NCBI GenBank assembly: GCA_033764015.1
Contig: JANRJK010000048.1
Coordinates: 1-62,702, forward strand
Reading direction: 5' to 3'
From: Candidatus Sumerlaeia bacterium
GTDB taxonomy: Bacteria > Sumerlaeota > Sumerlaeia > SLMS01 > JANRJK01
Length of the DNA: 62,702 nucleotides
Positions 39,401 to 48,588 of the stretch are shown here, piece by piece (the stretch's first letter is position 1; every line of letters starts with the position of its first letter). A program made the position numbers and the translations under genes. The notes beneath the pieces are model-generated. The model searched no databases. It was not told the DNA's origin and saw only the letters and a program-made list of their open reading frames with translations.

Positions 39401-40166
39401 GCGCGCGGCGGCCTTCGCGGCGGGGGCGGTGCTCGCCGCCCTCGCCGCCGGGGCCCACGCGCAGGGACTCCGCCCCAGCACCGTCGAGTCGTTCACCCCG
39501 GGCATCGGCGCGGGCTTCGGCTCGGCGTTCTTTCCGGCCAACGTGCTTGCGGGTCCCGACGGCGGCGAAAACCCGCCCTTCCTGCCGAACGCTTCGGAGC
39601 AGCAACTCCTCGCGCTCGGCAGTGGCGGCGCGATCGTCCTGCGCTGGGATGGCGACGTGATCTTGGACGGTCCGGGACCGGACTTCATCGTGTTCGAGAA
39701 CGTCTTCCTCGAGCAAACCACCGGCAACCCGTTCATGGAAGCGGGCATCGTCTCCGCCGGCAAGACGGCAACTGCGCTCGAGACGTTTCCGTTCCGCTTC
39801 GAACCGCCGCCGGGATGGGACGCGGGCAACCCGTTCGCGATCCCGTTGACGGCGGTAAACTTGCCAGGGGTGGCGGGCACGCAGCCGACACTCGCCACCG
39901 CGGCAAACGGCATCGATCCCGCCGATCCCGCGCTTGCCGGGGGGAACGCGTTCGACCTTGCGGACCTAGGACTCACGTGGGCGGGGCACATCGAGATCCG
40001 CGATCCGAAGGGGCCGCTGGAACCGGGCGCCGCCTTAGGCTCGAACGGGCTGCCGATCTACGACACGCCGGTGGGCCTCAATGGCTTCGACCTCGATACG
40101 GTGGTGGCGATCCACTTCGGCCCGCTGCCGGCGTCGGCGTCGGAGGGCTGGGCGCTGTACGAGTAG
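39375..40166 (+). CDS. Secreted 'cell surface protein' of the BtuH-like family, probable B12-binding protein
   Basis: Signal peptide, 'LALGSGGAIVL', 'DGPGPDFIVFENVF', 'E.GIVS', 'GGNAFDLADLG', 'GFDLD'. Overlaps the upstream gene and ends in 'ASASEGWALYE'. Confidence 0.72.
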   Translation: MSSPRPLLKRAAAFAAGAVLAALAAGAHAQGLRPSTVESFTPGIGAGFGSAFFPANVLAGPDGGENPPFLPNASEQQLLALGSGGAIVLRWDGDVILDGPGPDFIVFENVFLEQTTGNPFMEAGIVSAGKTATALETFPFRFEPPPGWDAGNPFAIPLTAVNLPGVAGTQPTLATAANGIDPADPALAGGNAFDLADLGLTWAGHIEIRDPKGPLEPGAALGSNGLPIYDTPVGLNGFDLDTVVAIHFGPLPASASEGWALYE

Positions 40167-40220
40167 GGACGCCGACGCCGGCATCCTTGACCCAATCAAC
40201 AGAACAGCCTATGAAACAGA

Positions 40221-40248
40221 ACCGGGGCCACCTTGCGGTGGCCCCGGT
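40221..40248. terminator. Hairpin terminator between convergent genes
   Basis: ACCGGGGCCACC-TTGC-GGTGGCCCCGGT perfect 12-bp stem, flanked by CTTT on + and TCTGTTT on -. Confidence 0.8.
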
Positions 40249-40274
40249 CCTTTGCTGCCGTGTGGCTGGTTGGC

Positions 40275-43200
40275 TTACTGGACTTCGACGGTGACGAGGT
40301 CCACGTAGATATCGTCGGCGGTCGAGTTCGCGTCGCAGCGGATGCGGAAGCGGGTCGAGGCGCCGAAGGTGAAGTTGCTCGGCGTGTAGGTCTGGTCGAC
40401 CGAGTAGAACTGGCCGTTCTGGAAGCTGGTGCCGGCGGTGTAGGTGCCCAGCGTCGTGTACGTGCTGCCGCCGTTCGTGCTGACCTGCAGCCAGAAGTCG
40501 TCGCCGTTCTCCATGCCCACCGCGTAGAAGAAGAACTTAACGCGGCACTGGGTGCGGCCGGAGAGGTTCAGGTTCGAGGCGCTGGTGATCGTCGCGTCGG
40601 TGCCGTCGCGCTGCAGGTTCATCGCGGCGGTGCCGGAGTAGGCGTAGGTCGAGCCGGTGTAGCGGACGCAGTCCGTGCCGCCGTCGGTCCAGCCGTCGTC
40701 GCCCGTCTCGAAGCTCGAGTTGACGAGCGTCGTCCAGGTGCCGCCCGGGGTCGGGGTCGGCGTCGGGGTGGCGGTCGGGGTCGGCGTCGGGGTGGGCGTC
40801 GGCGAGCCGGTGGTCACCGTGGCGGTGAGGGTGTAGCTCGACGCGGTCGCGCTGTAGCCGTACACGCCGATGTGGTAGGTGTTGCCCGGGACGAGCGCCG
40901 GCGTGCTGGAGGAGTTCGCCGTCACGGTCTCCGCGGAGCCGCCAAGGTACGGGCGGAAGTCATAAGCGGTCGAAGTCGGGGCGGAACCACGGCGCACGTA
41001 AAGGTCCGCGTCGTTGTTGCCGGTCATGGCGACCACAAGCTGCGTCGCGTTCGAAGGAACGGTGATCGTGTAGTAGTCCCATGCGCCCTGGGCGACCGAG
41101 TCGCTGACGGGGACGCCGCTGGTGAGCGCGCCGCTGCCGGGGGTCGGCGTCGGCGTGGCCGTCGGCGTCGGGGTCGGCGTAGCGGTGGCCGTCGGGGTCG
41201 GGGTCGGGGTCGGCGTGGCCGTCGGGGTCGGGGTCGGCGTGGCCGTCGGGGTCGGAGTCGGCGTGGCAGTCGGGGTCGGGGTCGAGCCGCCGCCGCTGCG
41301 GTAGCCGTTCACCTTGAGCGTCCAGTTCGCGAGCGTGCCAGTGTCGCCGGCGTAGCGGTCGGCGATCTTCAGCGTCCAGACACCGTTCGGGTTCTCGCCG
41401 AAGTGCGCCACGGAGGTGAACATCCAGTTGCTGTAATTGTCGCCGCCGTCGTTGTGGACTTCCATCAGGCGCGAGGTCATGCCGCTCGGCGAGGTGAGGA
41501 AGACTTCAAGGTCGCCGCGGTAAGTGTGCGTGATGTTGACGGTGACTTCGACGGCCTCGGCCTTGAAGTCGGATGCTCCCGAGATGGTGAGGCTGCGGCT
41601 GAGACCTGTCGCGTTGTTGTCCGGGATCGCGGCGTTGGCGGTTTCGCTGGCGGTCAGCGGGGTGGCTTCCGCCGGGAGGTTCGTCCAAGTGCCCGCCGCC
41701 TGCACCGCCGCGAGCGCGTTGATGCGGCCGTAGCCGTAGGCGTGGTTGAACCACTTGCCGGCGCCGTTCTGCGCCCAGCCGGTGTTCGCCGAGTCGTTGC
41801 GCGTCGCCGTGTTGGCGAGGATGTGCTGCACGTCGCGCCAGCCGAGGTTCGGGTTGCGCTCGAGGATCAGCGCGACGATGCCCGCCGCGAGCGGCGTGGC
41901 GGAGGAGGTGCCGCCGAACGTCGAAGTGTAGTCGCCGGAGCCGTAGCCGGCGCTGCCCGTCACGTCCGTCGTCGTCGTGCCGCCGGCCTGCGCCGTGCAG
42001 GTGCCCCAGCTCGAACCGGTGTTCACGAGCATCGCCGAGCCGGGCTCGGAATAGTAGCTGAAGGTGCCGTTCGGGCCGGTGGCGCCGATGGCGATCGTGT
42101 AGCGCGACGAGGCCCAGCCGTCCTTGCCGATGTTGTCGATCGAGCAGCGTCCGTTACCGGCCGCCCAGACGTAGATGGTGCCCTTGCCGCCGCGGCCGTT
42201 CGCGATGCCGTTCTCGATGGCGGCCTTCGCGAGCGGGCCGAAGGTCTCGAGGATCGTGCCGGTGTCCGACGGCCCCCACGAGTTCGAGCTCACGTGCACC
42301 CGGTCCGCCGCGTTCGCGGGGTTCACCTGGTGCTGCATCGCCTGCGCCTCCTGCGAGTCCGTCGCCGGCGCCGAGATGACGCGGACGCCGACGATGCCGG
42401 CGTTGAAGCCCGCGCCGGTGACGCCGACGCCGTTGTTGCCCTTCGCCGCCGCGATGCCCGCGCACGAGTTGCCGTGGGCGTCCGAGGCGCCCGGGGACGG
42501 ATCCGAGTCGCCGCCGTTGATGTCGATGTCGATCGCCGTCTTGGCGTTCGCCGAAAGGTCCGGGTGCGAAACCTGGACGCCGTCGTCGACGATGGCGATG
42601 TTCACGCCCGCGCCCGTCGCGAGGTCCCACGCGCCGACGATGTTCACGTCGTTGCCCGCCACCGCGCCCGTGACCTGGCCCGTGTTGCGGAGGTGCCACT
42701 GGCTGGTGAACTGCGGGTCGTTCGGGACGAGGCGCGGGGTGCGCTGCTTGGCGATCTCCGGGGTGGCGAACTCGACGCGCGAGTCCTCCTCGACCATCAT
42801 GTTGGCGACGAGGATGCTGCCGACCAGATCCATGCCGTCGGTCTGGAAGATGTAAGTGTCGGGCGAGAACTCGATCGCACGCTTCACCGTCAGGCCGTAC
42901 TCGGCGGCGAATGCGGCGGCGTTGGTGCCCGGCGCGAGGCGGACGGCGATTTCATTCGTCAGCGACATGCGCGTTTCCGCGCCGCGCTCCGCCACCTCCG
43001 CGTGGTACAGGACCGCCTCGACGCGCTCGGCGCCGAGCTGCGTGCGGATCAGGTCCGCCTGCGACTGGAGCTCCTCGCGGTTCGCGGCGCGCTCGATCTG
43101 GAAGTCCGCCACGCGCTCGGCGTTGCGGACCGACTCGGTGCGCACGACGCCCGGCAGGATCGCCGCGTTGCGCATCGTCGTCATGCCGTTCTGGCCGTTG

Positions 43201-43541
43201 TCCTTCAACTCGACCCGGAGCTCGTCAAGCGCGAGGTCCACCGGGACCTTCATGTCGCCGTTATAGTAGTACAGGGGAATCACGTTTTCGGGATTGATGC
43301 GCGATGACGCCTTGCGGCCCGTTTCGGAAATCCGCTCAGAGGCGTCGATGCCTGCGGAAGCACCGCCTTGGTGACCCGCCGGGACCACAGCGGACACATT
43401 GAACGAGCCATTGCCCGCGATGATGTGGACCGACCGGTTGGTTTCGCCGGCGCCGTCGCCCGCCGCGGCGAACGAGGCCAAAGCAACCATCGGGGCGATG
43501 ACCCCAACTGCGCGGACGGTCTGCCTGAGGGACCTTCTCAT
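40275..43541 (-). CDS. Secreted S8 kexin/furin-like protease with P domain, PPC domain, Pro/Thr linkers and C-terminal beta-sandwich
   Basis: Catalytic 'VDDG', 'HGNSCAG', 'FGGTSSATP', oxyanion 'WAAGNG', 'WRDVQH', P domain 'HTYRGDL....SPSG', PPC 'DADLYVRRG'. GGAG RBS before ATG 43541. Confidence 0.93.
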   Translation of the reverse strand: MRRSLRQTVRAVGVIAPMVALASFAAAGDGAGETNRSVHIIAGNGSFNVSAVVPAGHQGGASAGIDASERISETGRKASSRINPENVIPLYYYNGDMKVPVDLALDELRVELKDNGQNGMTTMRNAAILPGVVRTESVRNAERVADFQIERAANREELQSQADLIRTQLGAERVEAVLYHAEVAERGAETRMSLTNEIAVRLAPGTNAAAFAAEYGLTVKRAIEFSPDTYIFQTDGMDLVGSILVANMMVEEDSRVEFATPEIAKQRTPRLVPNDPQFTSQWHLRNTGQVTGAVAGNDVNIVGAWDLATGAGVNIAIVDDGVQVSHPDLSANAKTAIDIDINGGDSDPSPGASDAHGNSCAGIAAAKGNNGVGVTGAGFNAGIVGVRVISAPATDSQEAQAMQHQVNPANAADRVHVSSNSWGPSDTGTILETFGPLAKAAIENGIANGRGGKGTIYVWAAGNGRCSIDNIGKDGWASSRYTIAIGATGPNGTFSYYSEPGSAMLVNTGSSWGTCTAQAGGTTTTDVTGSAGYGSGDYTSTFGGTSSATPLAAGIVALILERNPNLGWRDVQHILANTATRNDSANTGWAQNGAGKWFNHAYGYGRINALAAVQAAGTWTNLPAEATPLTASETANAAIPDNNATGLSRSLTISGASDFKAEAVEVTVNITHTYRGDLEVFLTSPSGMTSRLMEVHNDGGDNYSNWMFTSVAHFGENPNGVWTLKIADRYAGDTGTLANWTLKVNGYRSGGGSTPTPTATPTPTPTATPTPTPTATPTPTPTPTATATPTPTPTATPTPTPGSGALTSGVPVSDSVAQGAWDYYTITVPSNATQLVVAMTGNNDADLYVRRGSAPTSTAYDFRPYLGGSAETVTANSSSTPALVPGNTYHIGVYGYSATASSYTLTATVTTGSPTPTPTPTPTATPTPTPTPGGTWTTLVNSSFETGDDGWTDGGTDCVRYTGSTYAYSGTAAMNLQRDGTDATITSASNLNLSGRTQCRVKFFFYAVGMENGDDFWLQVSTNGGSTYTTLGTYTAGTSFQNGQFYSVDQTYTPSNFTFGASTRFRIRCDANSTADDIYVDLVTVEVQ
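41140..41285 (-). repeat. (Thr-Pro)n/TPTPTA coding tandem repeat (linker); second block at about 40745-40803
   Basis: Degenerate GTCGG(G/C) hexamer repeats encoding TPTPTATPTP... within the protease. Confidence 0.9.
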
Positions 43542-44011
43542 CTTCTGCTCCATTAGGAACGCGCATTCTGGCGTTCGGTGGACTGGGTGGAAAACAACAG
43601 CGGACTGTGCCCGAGCCCCCGCCGATTCGCAAGGACAAAAAACAGCAGAAAAAGATGCACCCTTTTTGTGCGGGGCCCGCACCTTCGCAAACCCGAGCAA
43701 TCACGGCCATTTTCGCTTAAACCAAGCGATTCAGCGCCTCGACCGCGATCGTTCAACTTCCTAAACCCCGGCGCGCAATATCGGTCCGACTTCCGAGCCC
43801 GCCTCAAGCGTCCCCTCGCGAAGAATTTTTTTCGCCCGGATGATTGATTCTCGGGATTTCGCCTCCCCGCTGGCCGCGGCGCGGCACCGTGGCGCCAACG
43901 GGCCACGATTCGTTCTTGACGGTGTTCCCTCCGACCGCCCAAGCCACAGCGAGCGCGTGTCCATCGCTCCCGTTCCGCTCACCTCCCGCTCCCTTTGGTG
44001 GACCCCATCCC

Positions 44012-45058
44012 ATGCTCTCGCTCGCCCAAGTCTTCGACTACCTCAACCTTGATATCGGCATCGATCTCGGCACCGCGAATTCTCTCGTTTATGTGAAGGG
44101 CGAGGGCATCGTGCTGCGCGAGCCCTCCGTCGTCGCCGTCGACCAGAACACCGGCGCCGTGGTGGCCGTGGGCATCGAGGCGAAGCGCATGATCGGCCGC
44201 ACTCCCGGCAGCATCAGCGCGATCCGCCCCATGAAGAACGGCGTCATCGCCGACTTCGACATCACGCAGGAAATGCTCAACTACTTCATCCACCGGGTCA
44301 TCGAGGGGCGCGGGAACCGGTTCCTCACCCGCGCGCGCGTCGTCGTCAGCGTCCCCTCCGGCATCACCGAGGTGGAGAAGCGCGCGGTGCGCGAGGCGGC
44401 GCTCCAGGCCGGCGCCCGGACGGTCCACCTGATCGAGGAGCCGATGGCCGCCGCCATGGGCGCGGGGCTCCCCGTAGACGAGCCGGTCGGCAGCATGATC
44501 ATCGACATCGGCGGCGGCACCACCGAGGTCGCCGTCGTCTCCCTCGGCGGCCTCGTCGTCTCCAAGTCCGTCCGCACCGCCGGCGACGCCATGGACGACG
44601 CGATCATCCAGCACATCAAGCGCAAGTACAATATCCTCATCGGTCCGCGAACGGCGGAGGATATCAAGGTGCACATCGGAAGCGCCGACGTGATGGACGA
44701 AGAGTACATCATGACGGTGAAGGGCAACGACCTGATGGGCGGCCTGCCGCGGGCCATCGAGGTGCACAGCGAGGAAATCCGCGAAGCGCTCTCCGAGCCC
44801 GTGATGAACATCGTCGGCGCCGTGCAGTGGACCCTCGAGCGCACGCCGCCCGAGCTTTCCGGCGACCTGATCGCGCGCGGCATCTGCATGGCCGGCGGCT
44901 CCAGCCAGCTCAAGGGGCTGCCCCAGCTCATCGCCCGCGAAACGGGACTACCCGTCTACCTCGCGCGCAACCCCGAGACCGCCGTCGTCGAAGGCGCCGG
45001 CCGCGTCCTCGAGAGCATCGACCTGATGCAGCGCGTCGAAGTCAGCTCGCGCGCCTAG
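44012..45058 (+). CDS. mreB: Rod shape-determining actin homolog MreB
   Basis: 'IGIDLGTAN', 'EPSVVA', 'RPMKNGVIADF', 'EEPMAAA.GAG', 'DIGGGTTEVA'. Confidence 0.96.
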   Translation: MLSLAQVFDYLNLDIGIDLGTANSLVYVKGEGIVLREPSVVAVDQNTGAVVAVGIEAKRMIGRTPGSISAIRPMKNGVIADFDITQEMLNYFIHRVIEGRGNRFLTRARVVVSVPSGITEVEKRAVREAALQAGARTVHLIEEPMAAAMGAGLPVDEPVGSMIIDIGGGTTEVAVVSLGGLVVSKSVRTAGDAMDDAIIQHIKRKYNILIGPRTAEDIKVHIGSADVMDEEYIMTVKGNDLMGGLPRAIEVHSEEIREALSEPVMNIVGAVQWTLERTPPELSGDLIARGICMAGGSSQLKGLPQLIARETGLPVYLARNPETAVVEGAGRVLESIDLMQRVEVSSRA

Positions 45059-45062
45059 CGGC

Positions 45063-45359
45063 TCAGCCTTCGGGCGCCGGTTCCGTCCCCGGCGGCACCT
45101 GCTCGAGGTCCTCCGGCGAGAGGAAGAGGTCCTTCCGCAACCGGTCTACCACCTCGTTTCGTTCGCACTGGGGCCACTCGTCGTCCGCCATGGCGTCGAG
45201 GACTCGCTGCAGGCTGCCGGTTTGTTCGAAAAGGTCTCGCATCTGGGCGTACCGGTACTGCTCGACGTAGCACCGGTCGCGGCGCGCGCAGCCCGCCGGG
45301 AGCATAGTCGCTGCCGCTAGAAGCATTGCGGCGCCCGTGCGTAGGAAGGTTCGTGTCAT
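45063..45359 (-). CDS. Small hypothetical lipoprotein
   Basis: GGAG RBS, signal peptide with 'PAGC' lipobox, two further Cys. Confidence 0.6.
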   Translation of the reverse strand: MTRTFLRTGAAMLLAAATMLPAGCARRDRCYVEQYRYAQMRDLFEQTGSLQRVLDAMADDEWPQCERNEVVDRLRKDLFLSPEDLEQVPPGTEPAPEG

Positions 45360-45433
45360 GCCGTCGTCTCCGGCGCCCATGGAGGCGCTCCGGCGCCGTC
45401 GCGTCAACCGCCAAGCCTCCCGAAGCCCACGCC

Positions 45434-48400
45434 ATGTCGCTTTCGAACTTCGCCGTCAACGCGCCCGTCAAGGTCACCATGCTCTTCATGGCGGTCCTGC
45501 TGCTCGGCTATATCTCGCTGACCCGCCTGCCGACCAGCCTCTTCCCGGACGTCCGCACGCCGCGCGTCACGACGACGATCCGGACGACGGGTCTCAGCTC
45601 CTCCGAGGTGGAGCGCCGCATCTGCGAGCCCCTCGAACGCGCCCTCTACACGATCCGCGGCGTCGCCGAGGTGAAGAGCATCGCCCGCGCCGACCAGGCC
45701 GTCGTCGTCGCCGAGTTCGGCTGGGACACCCCGCTCGACTTCGCCTTCCTCGACGTCAAGAAGGCGGTCAGCGAGCTGCAGCGCGACCGCCAGGAGGACA
45801 TCTCCTCCGCCACCGTCCTGCGCTACGACCCGAACGCGGTGCCGATCGTGACGCTCGCGGTCAGCAACCCCCGGCTCGGAAGCGAGGAGCTCTTCCGCCT
45901 AGCGAAGAACACGCTGAAGCCGCGCATGGAGCGCCTCCAGGGCGTCGCCAACGTGGTGATCGCCGGCGGCGAGGACCGCGAGGTCCAAGTCCGCTTGGAC
46001 GAGGCGCGGCTGCTCCGTTACGGAATCGACCTCGCGGCGGTGTCGAGCGCGCTGAGCGCGGAGAATGTGAACGCGCCGGGGGGTTACGTCGAAGAGGGCG
46101 CGCGGCGCTACCTGCTCAAGGCCGTCGGTCAGTTCCAGAGCATCGAGGAAGTCGGCGAGGTGGTAGTCTCGCGCAACAACGGCGCGCCGGTGTTCGTCCG
46201 CGACCTCGGCACCATCGAATACCGTCCCCGCGACGCCATCTCCGCCGTGTACCTGGACGGCGAGCCCGCCGTCGGACTCTCGTTCTTCCAGGAGGCGCAG
46301 AGCAACACCGTCGCGGTGGCCAAGCGCATCCGCGACGAAGTCGAGGTCTTGAAGAAGATCCTTCCGGAGGAGACCAGGATCATCGTCGCGAACGACCAGT
46401 CGTCGTTCATCACGTCGGCCCTCGCGGAGGTGCGCGACAACGCCATCGCCGGCAGCGTCCTCTCGATCCTGATCCTGCTCGCGACGCTGCGCGACTTCCG
46501 CACCACGATCATCATCTCCATCGCGATCCCCATCAGCATCGTCGCGACCTTCAACCTCATGTACTTCCAGGGGTTGTCGCTGAACCTCATGTCCCTCGGC
46601 GGGCTGGCGCTCGGGGTCGGGCTCCTCGTGGATAACGCGGTGGTGGTGCTCGAGAACATCTACCGCCTGCGCCAGCAGGGAATGGACCCCATGGAGGCGT
46701 CGCTGAAGGGCGCCAAGGAAGTGAGCGCCGCGATCATCGCCTCGACGGGGACGACGATCATCGTGTTCCTGCCGATCATCTACATCGAAGGTGTGGCGGC
46801 GCTGCTCTTCAAGGAGCAGGCGCTGACGGTGACCTACTCGGTGCTCGCGTCGCTGCTGGTGGCGCTGCTCCTGATCCCGATGCTCTGCTCGCGCTTCATG
46901 GGCGCGCCACCGAAGGGCCTGCTGGTCGAGGAGACGAGCGCCGTGCCGACCGACTGGTACGCGAGGTTGCTCGTGTGGAGCCTGGAGCGCCGCGGCCCGC
47001 TGTTCCTCGCCTCGGTCGTGCTCCTGGCGGTTTCGGTCTGGGCAGGCAAGGACATCCCCCGCGAGTTCCTGCCACGCACGGAGCAGCGCCAGATCGGCAT
47101 CCGCATGGTCGCGCCCAGCGGCACCCCGATCGACAGCACGGAACGCCTCGCGGAATCGCTCCTCGGTACGCTCGACGAATTCCGCCCGGCGGTCGAGCGC
47201 ACCTTCGTCCGCGTCGGCGAGGACGAAGGCGCCGTCAACGCGGACACGGAGGACCCGAACGGGCCGAACACCGCGGACTTCTACATCTCCCTCGCGGACT
47301 GGGAGAATCCGACCACGGAGACGCTCGAGAAGAACCTGGGCGGGCTGACCTCGACGCGGCTCGCGGAGCTTCTCGGCCCGACCCTCGAGCGCTTCGAGCA
47401 GTCCGGCATCAAGGCGCAGCTCAAGCTGTCCCAGGGCAGCCTGTTCGACCTGCTCGGCGAGAGCGCCGCGCCGCTGATCGTCGAAATCCGGGGCCCGGAG
47501 ATCGACGAGCTGTCGCGCGCCGCCGCCGAGATCCAGAGGCGGCTGTCGGATGTCCCCGGGATCGTCAACGTGCGCACCAACATCCTGGCGGGCTCGCCGG
47601 AAGTCCTCATCAGGCTCGACCGCGTGCAGCTCGGACGCCTGGGCCTGGACGTTCGGCAGACCGGGGAGCTGCTCCGCAAGCGCATCGAGGGGGATGTCGC
47701 GACGCAGATCCGCCGCGAGGAGGGGGACGTGGACCTGCGCGTGAAGGTGGATTACGGCCAGGAGACGCTCGACACTCTGCGCGGGATCACGCTGCGGACC
47801 TCGACGGGCGCGATCGTGCCGCTCGCGTCCATCGCGCGGTTCGAAGTGGTCCGGGGCCCGCGCGAGATCCTGCGCCGCGGCCAGGACCGCATCGCCCGCG
47901 TCATGGCGGACCTCGACGGCGTGCGGCTGTCCGAGGCGATCGCCGCGGCCCAGTCGCGCCTCGGGGACTACAGCGTCCCGCGCGGGTACGCGCTGAACTT
48001 CACCGGCGAGGAGGAGAGCCGCGTGGAGGCGTTCGCCAAGCTCGGCTTCGCGCTGCTGCTCTCCGTCGTCCTCGTGTACATGGTGATGGCCTCGATCTTC
48101 GAGAGCTTCATCCAGCCCTTCCTGATCATGATGACGATCCCCATGGCGCTGATCGGCGTGGTGGCGGCCTTCGTCCTGCTGGACCAGACGCTGAACGTGA
48201 TGGCGATCATCGGCATCGTGATGCTGGGCGGGATCGTGGTGAACAACGCGATCGTGCTGCTTGACTGTGTCAACCAAGTGCGCCGCGACCATCCGGCCAT
48301 GTCGACCCGCGACACGCTGGTCATCGGCTGCGCGCGGCGCCTGCGCCCCGTGAACATGACGACGACGACGACGCTGCTCGGGCTGCTGCCGCTGGCGATG

Positions 48401-48583
48401 GGGATCGGCGACGGCGCCGAGCTGCGCGAGGCCATGGCGATCGCCGTGATCGGCGGCCTCGCGTCTTCGACCGTTCTGACCCTGGTGCTGATTCCGATCG
48501 CGCAGAGCTACCTCGACGACGCGGCCGCCGCGGTCTCGCGCGTCGCCGGGCGCCTGCGGTCGCGCAAGACGGCGGCGGCCTAG
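45434..48583 (+). CDS. RND efflux transporter permease (AcrB/AcrD/AcrF family)
   Basis: 'AIPISIVATF', 'GLLVDNAVVVLEN', 'MASIFES...P', 'GIVVNNAIVL.D', 'RLRP..MT', 'GGLASST.LTL'. About 1050 aa. Confidence 0.95.
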   Translation: MSLSNFAVNAPVKVTMLFMAVLLLGYISLTRLPTSLFPDVRTPRVTTTIRTTGLSSSEVERRICEPLERALYTIRGVAEVKSIARADQAVVVAEFGWDTPLDFAFLDVKKAVSELQRDRQEDISSATVLRYDPNAVPIVTLAVSNPRLGSEELFRLAKNTLKPRMERLQGVANVVIAGGEDREVQVRLDEARLLRYGIDLAAVSSALSAENVNAPGGYVEEGARRYLLKAVGQFQSIEEVGEVVVSRNNGAPVFVRDLGTIEYRPRDAISAVYLDGEPAVGLSFFQEAQSNTVAVAKRIRDEVEVLKKILPEETRIIVANDQSSFITSALAEVRDNAIAGSVLSILILLATLRDFRTTIIISIAIPISIVATFNLMYFQGLSLNLMSLGGLALGVGLLVDNAVVVLENIYRLRQQGMDPMEASLKGAKEVSAAIIASTGTTIIVFLPIIYIEGVAALLFKEQALTVTYSVLASLLVALLLIPMLCSRFMGAPPKGLLVEETSAVPTDWYARLLVWSLERRGPLFLASVVLLAVSVWAGKDIPREFLPRTEQRQIGIRMVAPSGTPIDSTERLAESLLGTLDEFRPAVERTFVRVGEDEGAVNADTEDPNGPNTADFYISLADWENPTTETLEKNLGGLTSTRLAELLGPTLERFEQSGIKAQLKLSQGSLFDLLGESAAPLIVEIRGPEIDELSRAAAEIQRRLSDVPGIVNVRTNILAGSPEVLIRLDRVQLGRLGLDVRQTGELLRKRIEGDVATQIRREEGDVDLRVKVDYGQETLDTLRGITLRTSTGAIVPLASIARFEVVRGPREILRRGQDRIARVMADLDGVRLSEAIAAAQSRLGDYSVPRGYALNFTGEEESRVEAFAKLGFALLLSVVLVYMVMASIFESFIQPFLIMMTIPMALIGVVAAFVLLDQTLNVMAIIGIVMLGGIVVNNAIVLLDCVNQVRRDHPAMSTRDTLVIGCARRLRPVNMTTTTTLLGLLPLAMGIGDGAELREAMAIAVIGGLASSTVLTLVLIPIAQSYLDDAAAAVSRVAGRLRSRKTAAA

Positions 48584-48588
48584 CCCCG

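Noticed and set aside
40745..41285. Short tandem repeats as a possible CRISPR array or VNTR
   Set aside because: They are degenerate hexamers encoding Thr-Pro linkers inside the protease; there are no spacers and no cas genes.
40233..43307. Very long antisense or alternative-frame ORFs (e.g. 40233-43307 +, 45899-48799 -, 34916-37540 -, 12220-14940 +)
   Set aside because: They shadow well-supported genes, are Arg/Ala/Gly/Pro-rich with no motifs, and are expected where high GC makes stop codons rare.
43554..43850. Possible riboswitch (e.g. c-di-GMP) in the protease leader
   Set aside because: I could not match conserved motifs of any known riboswitch on either strand; an Rfam scan would be needed.
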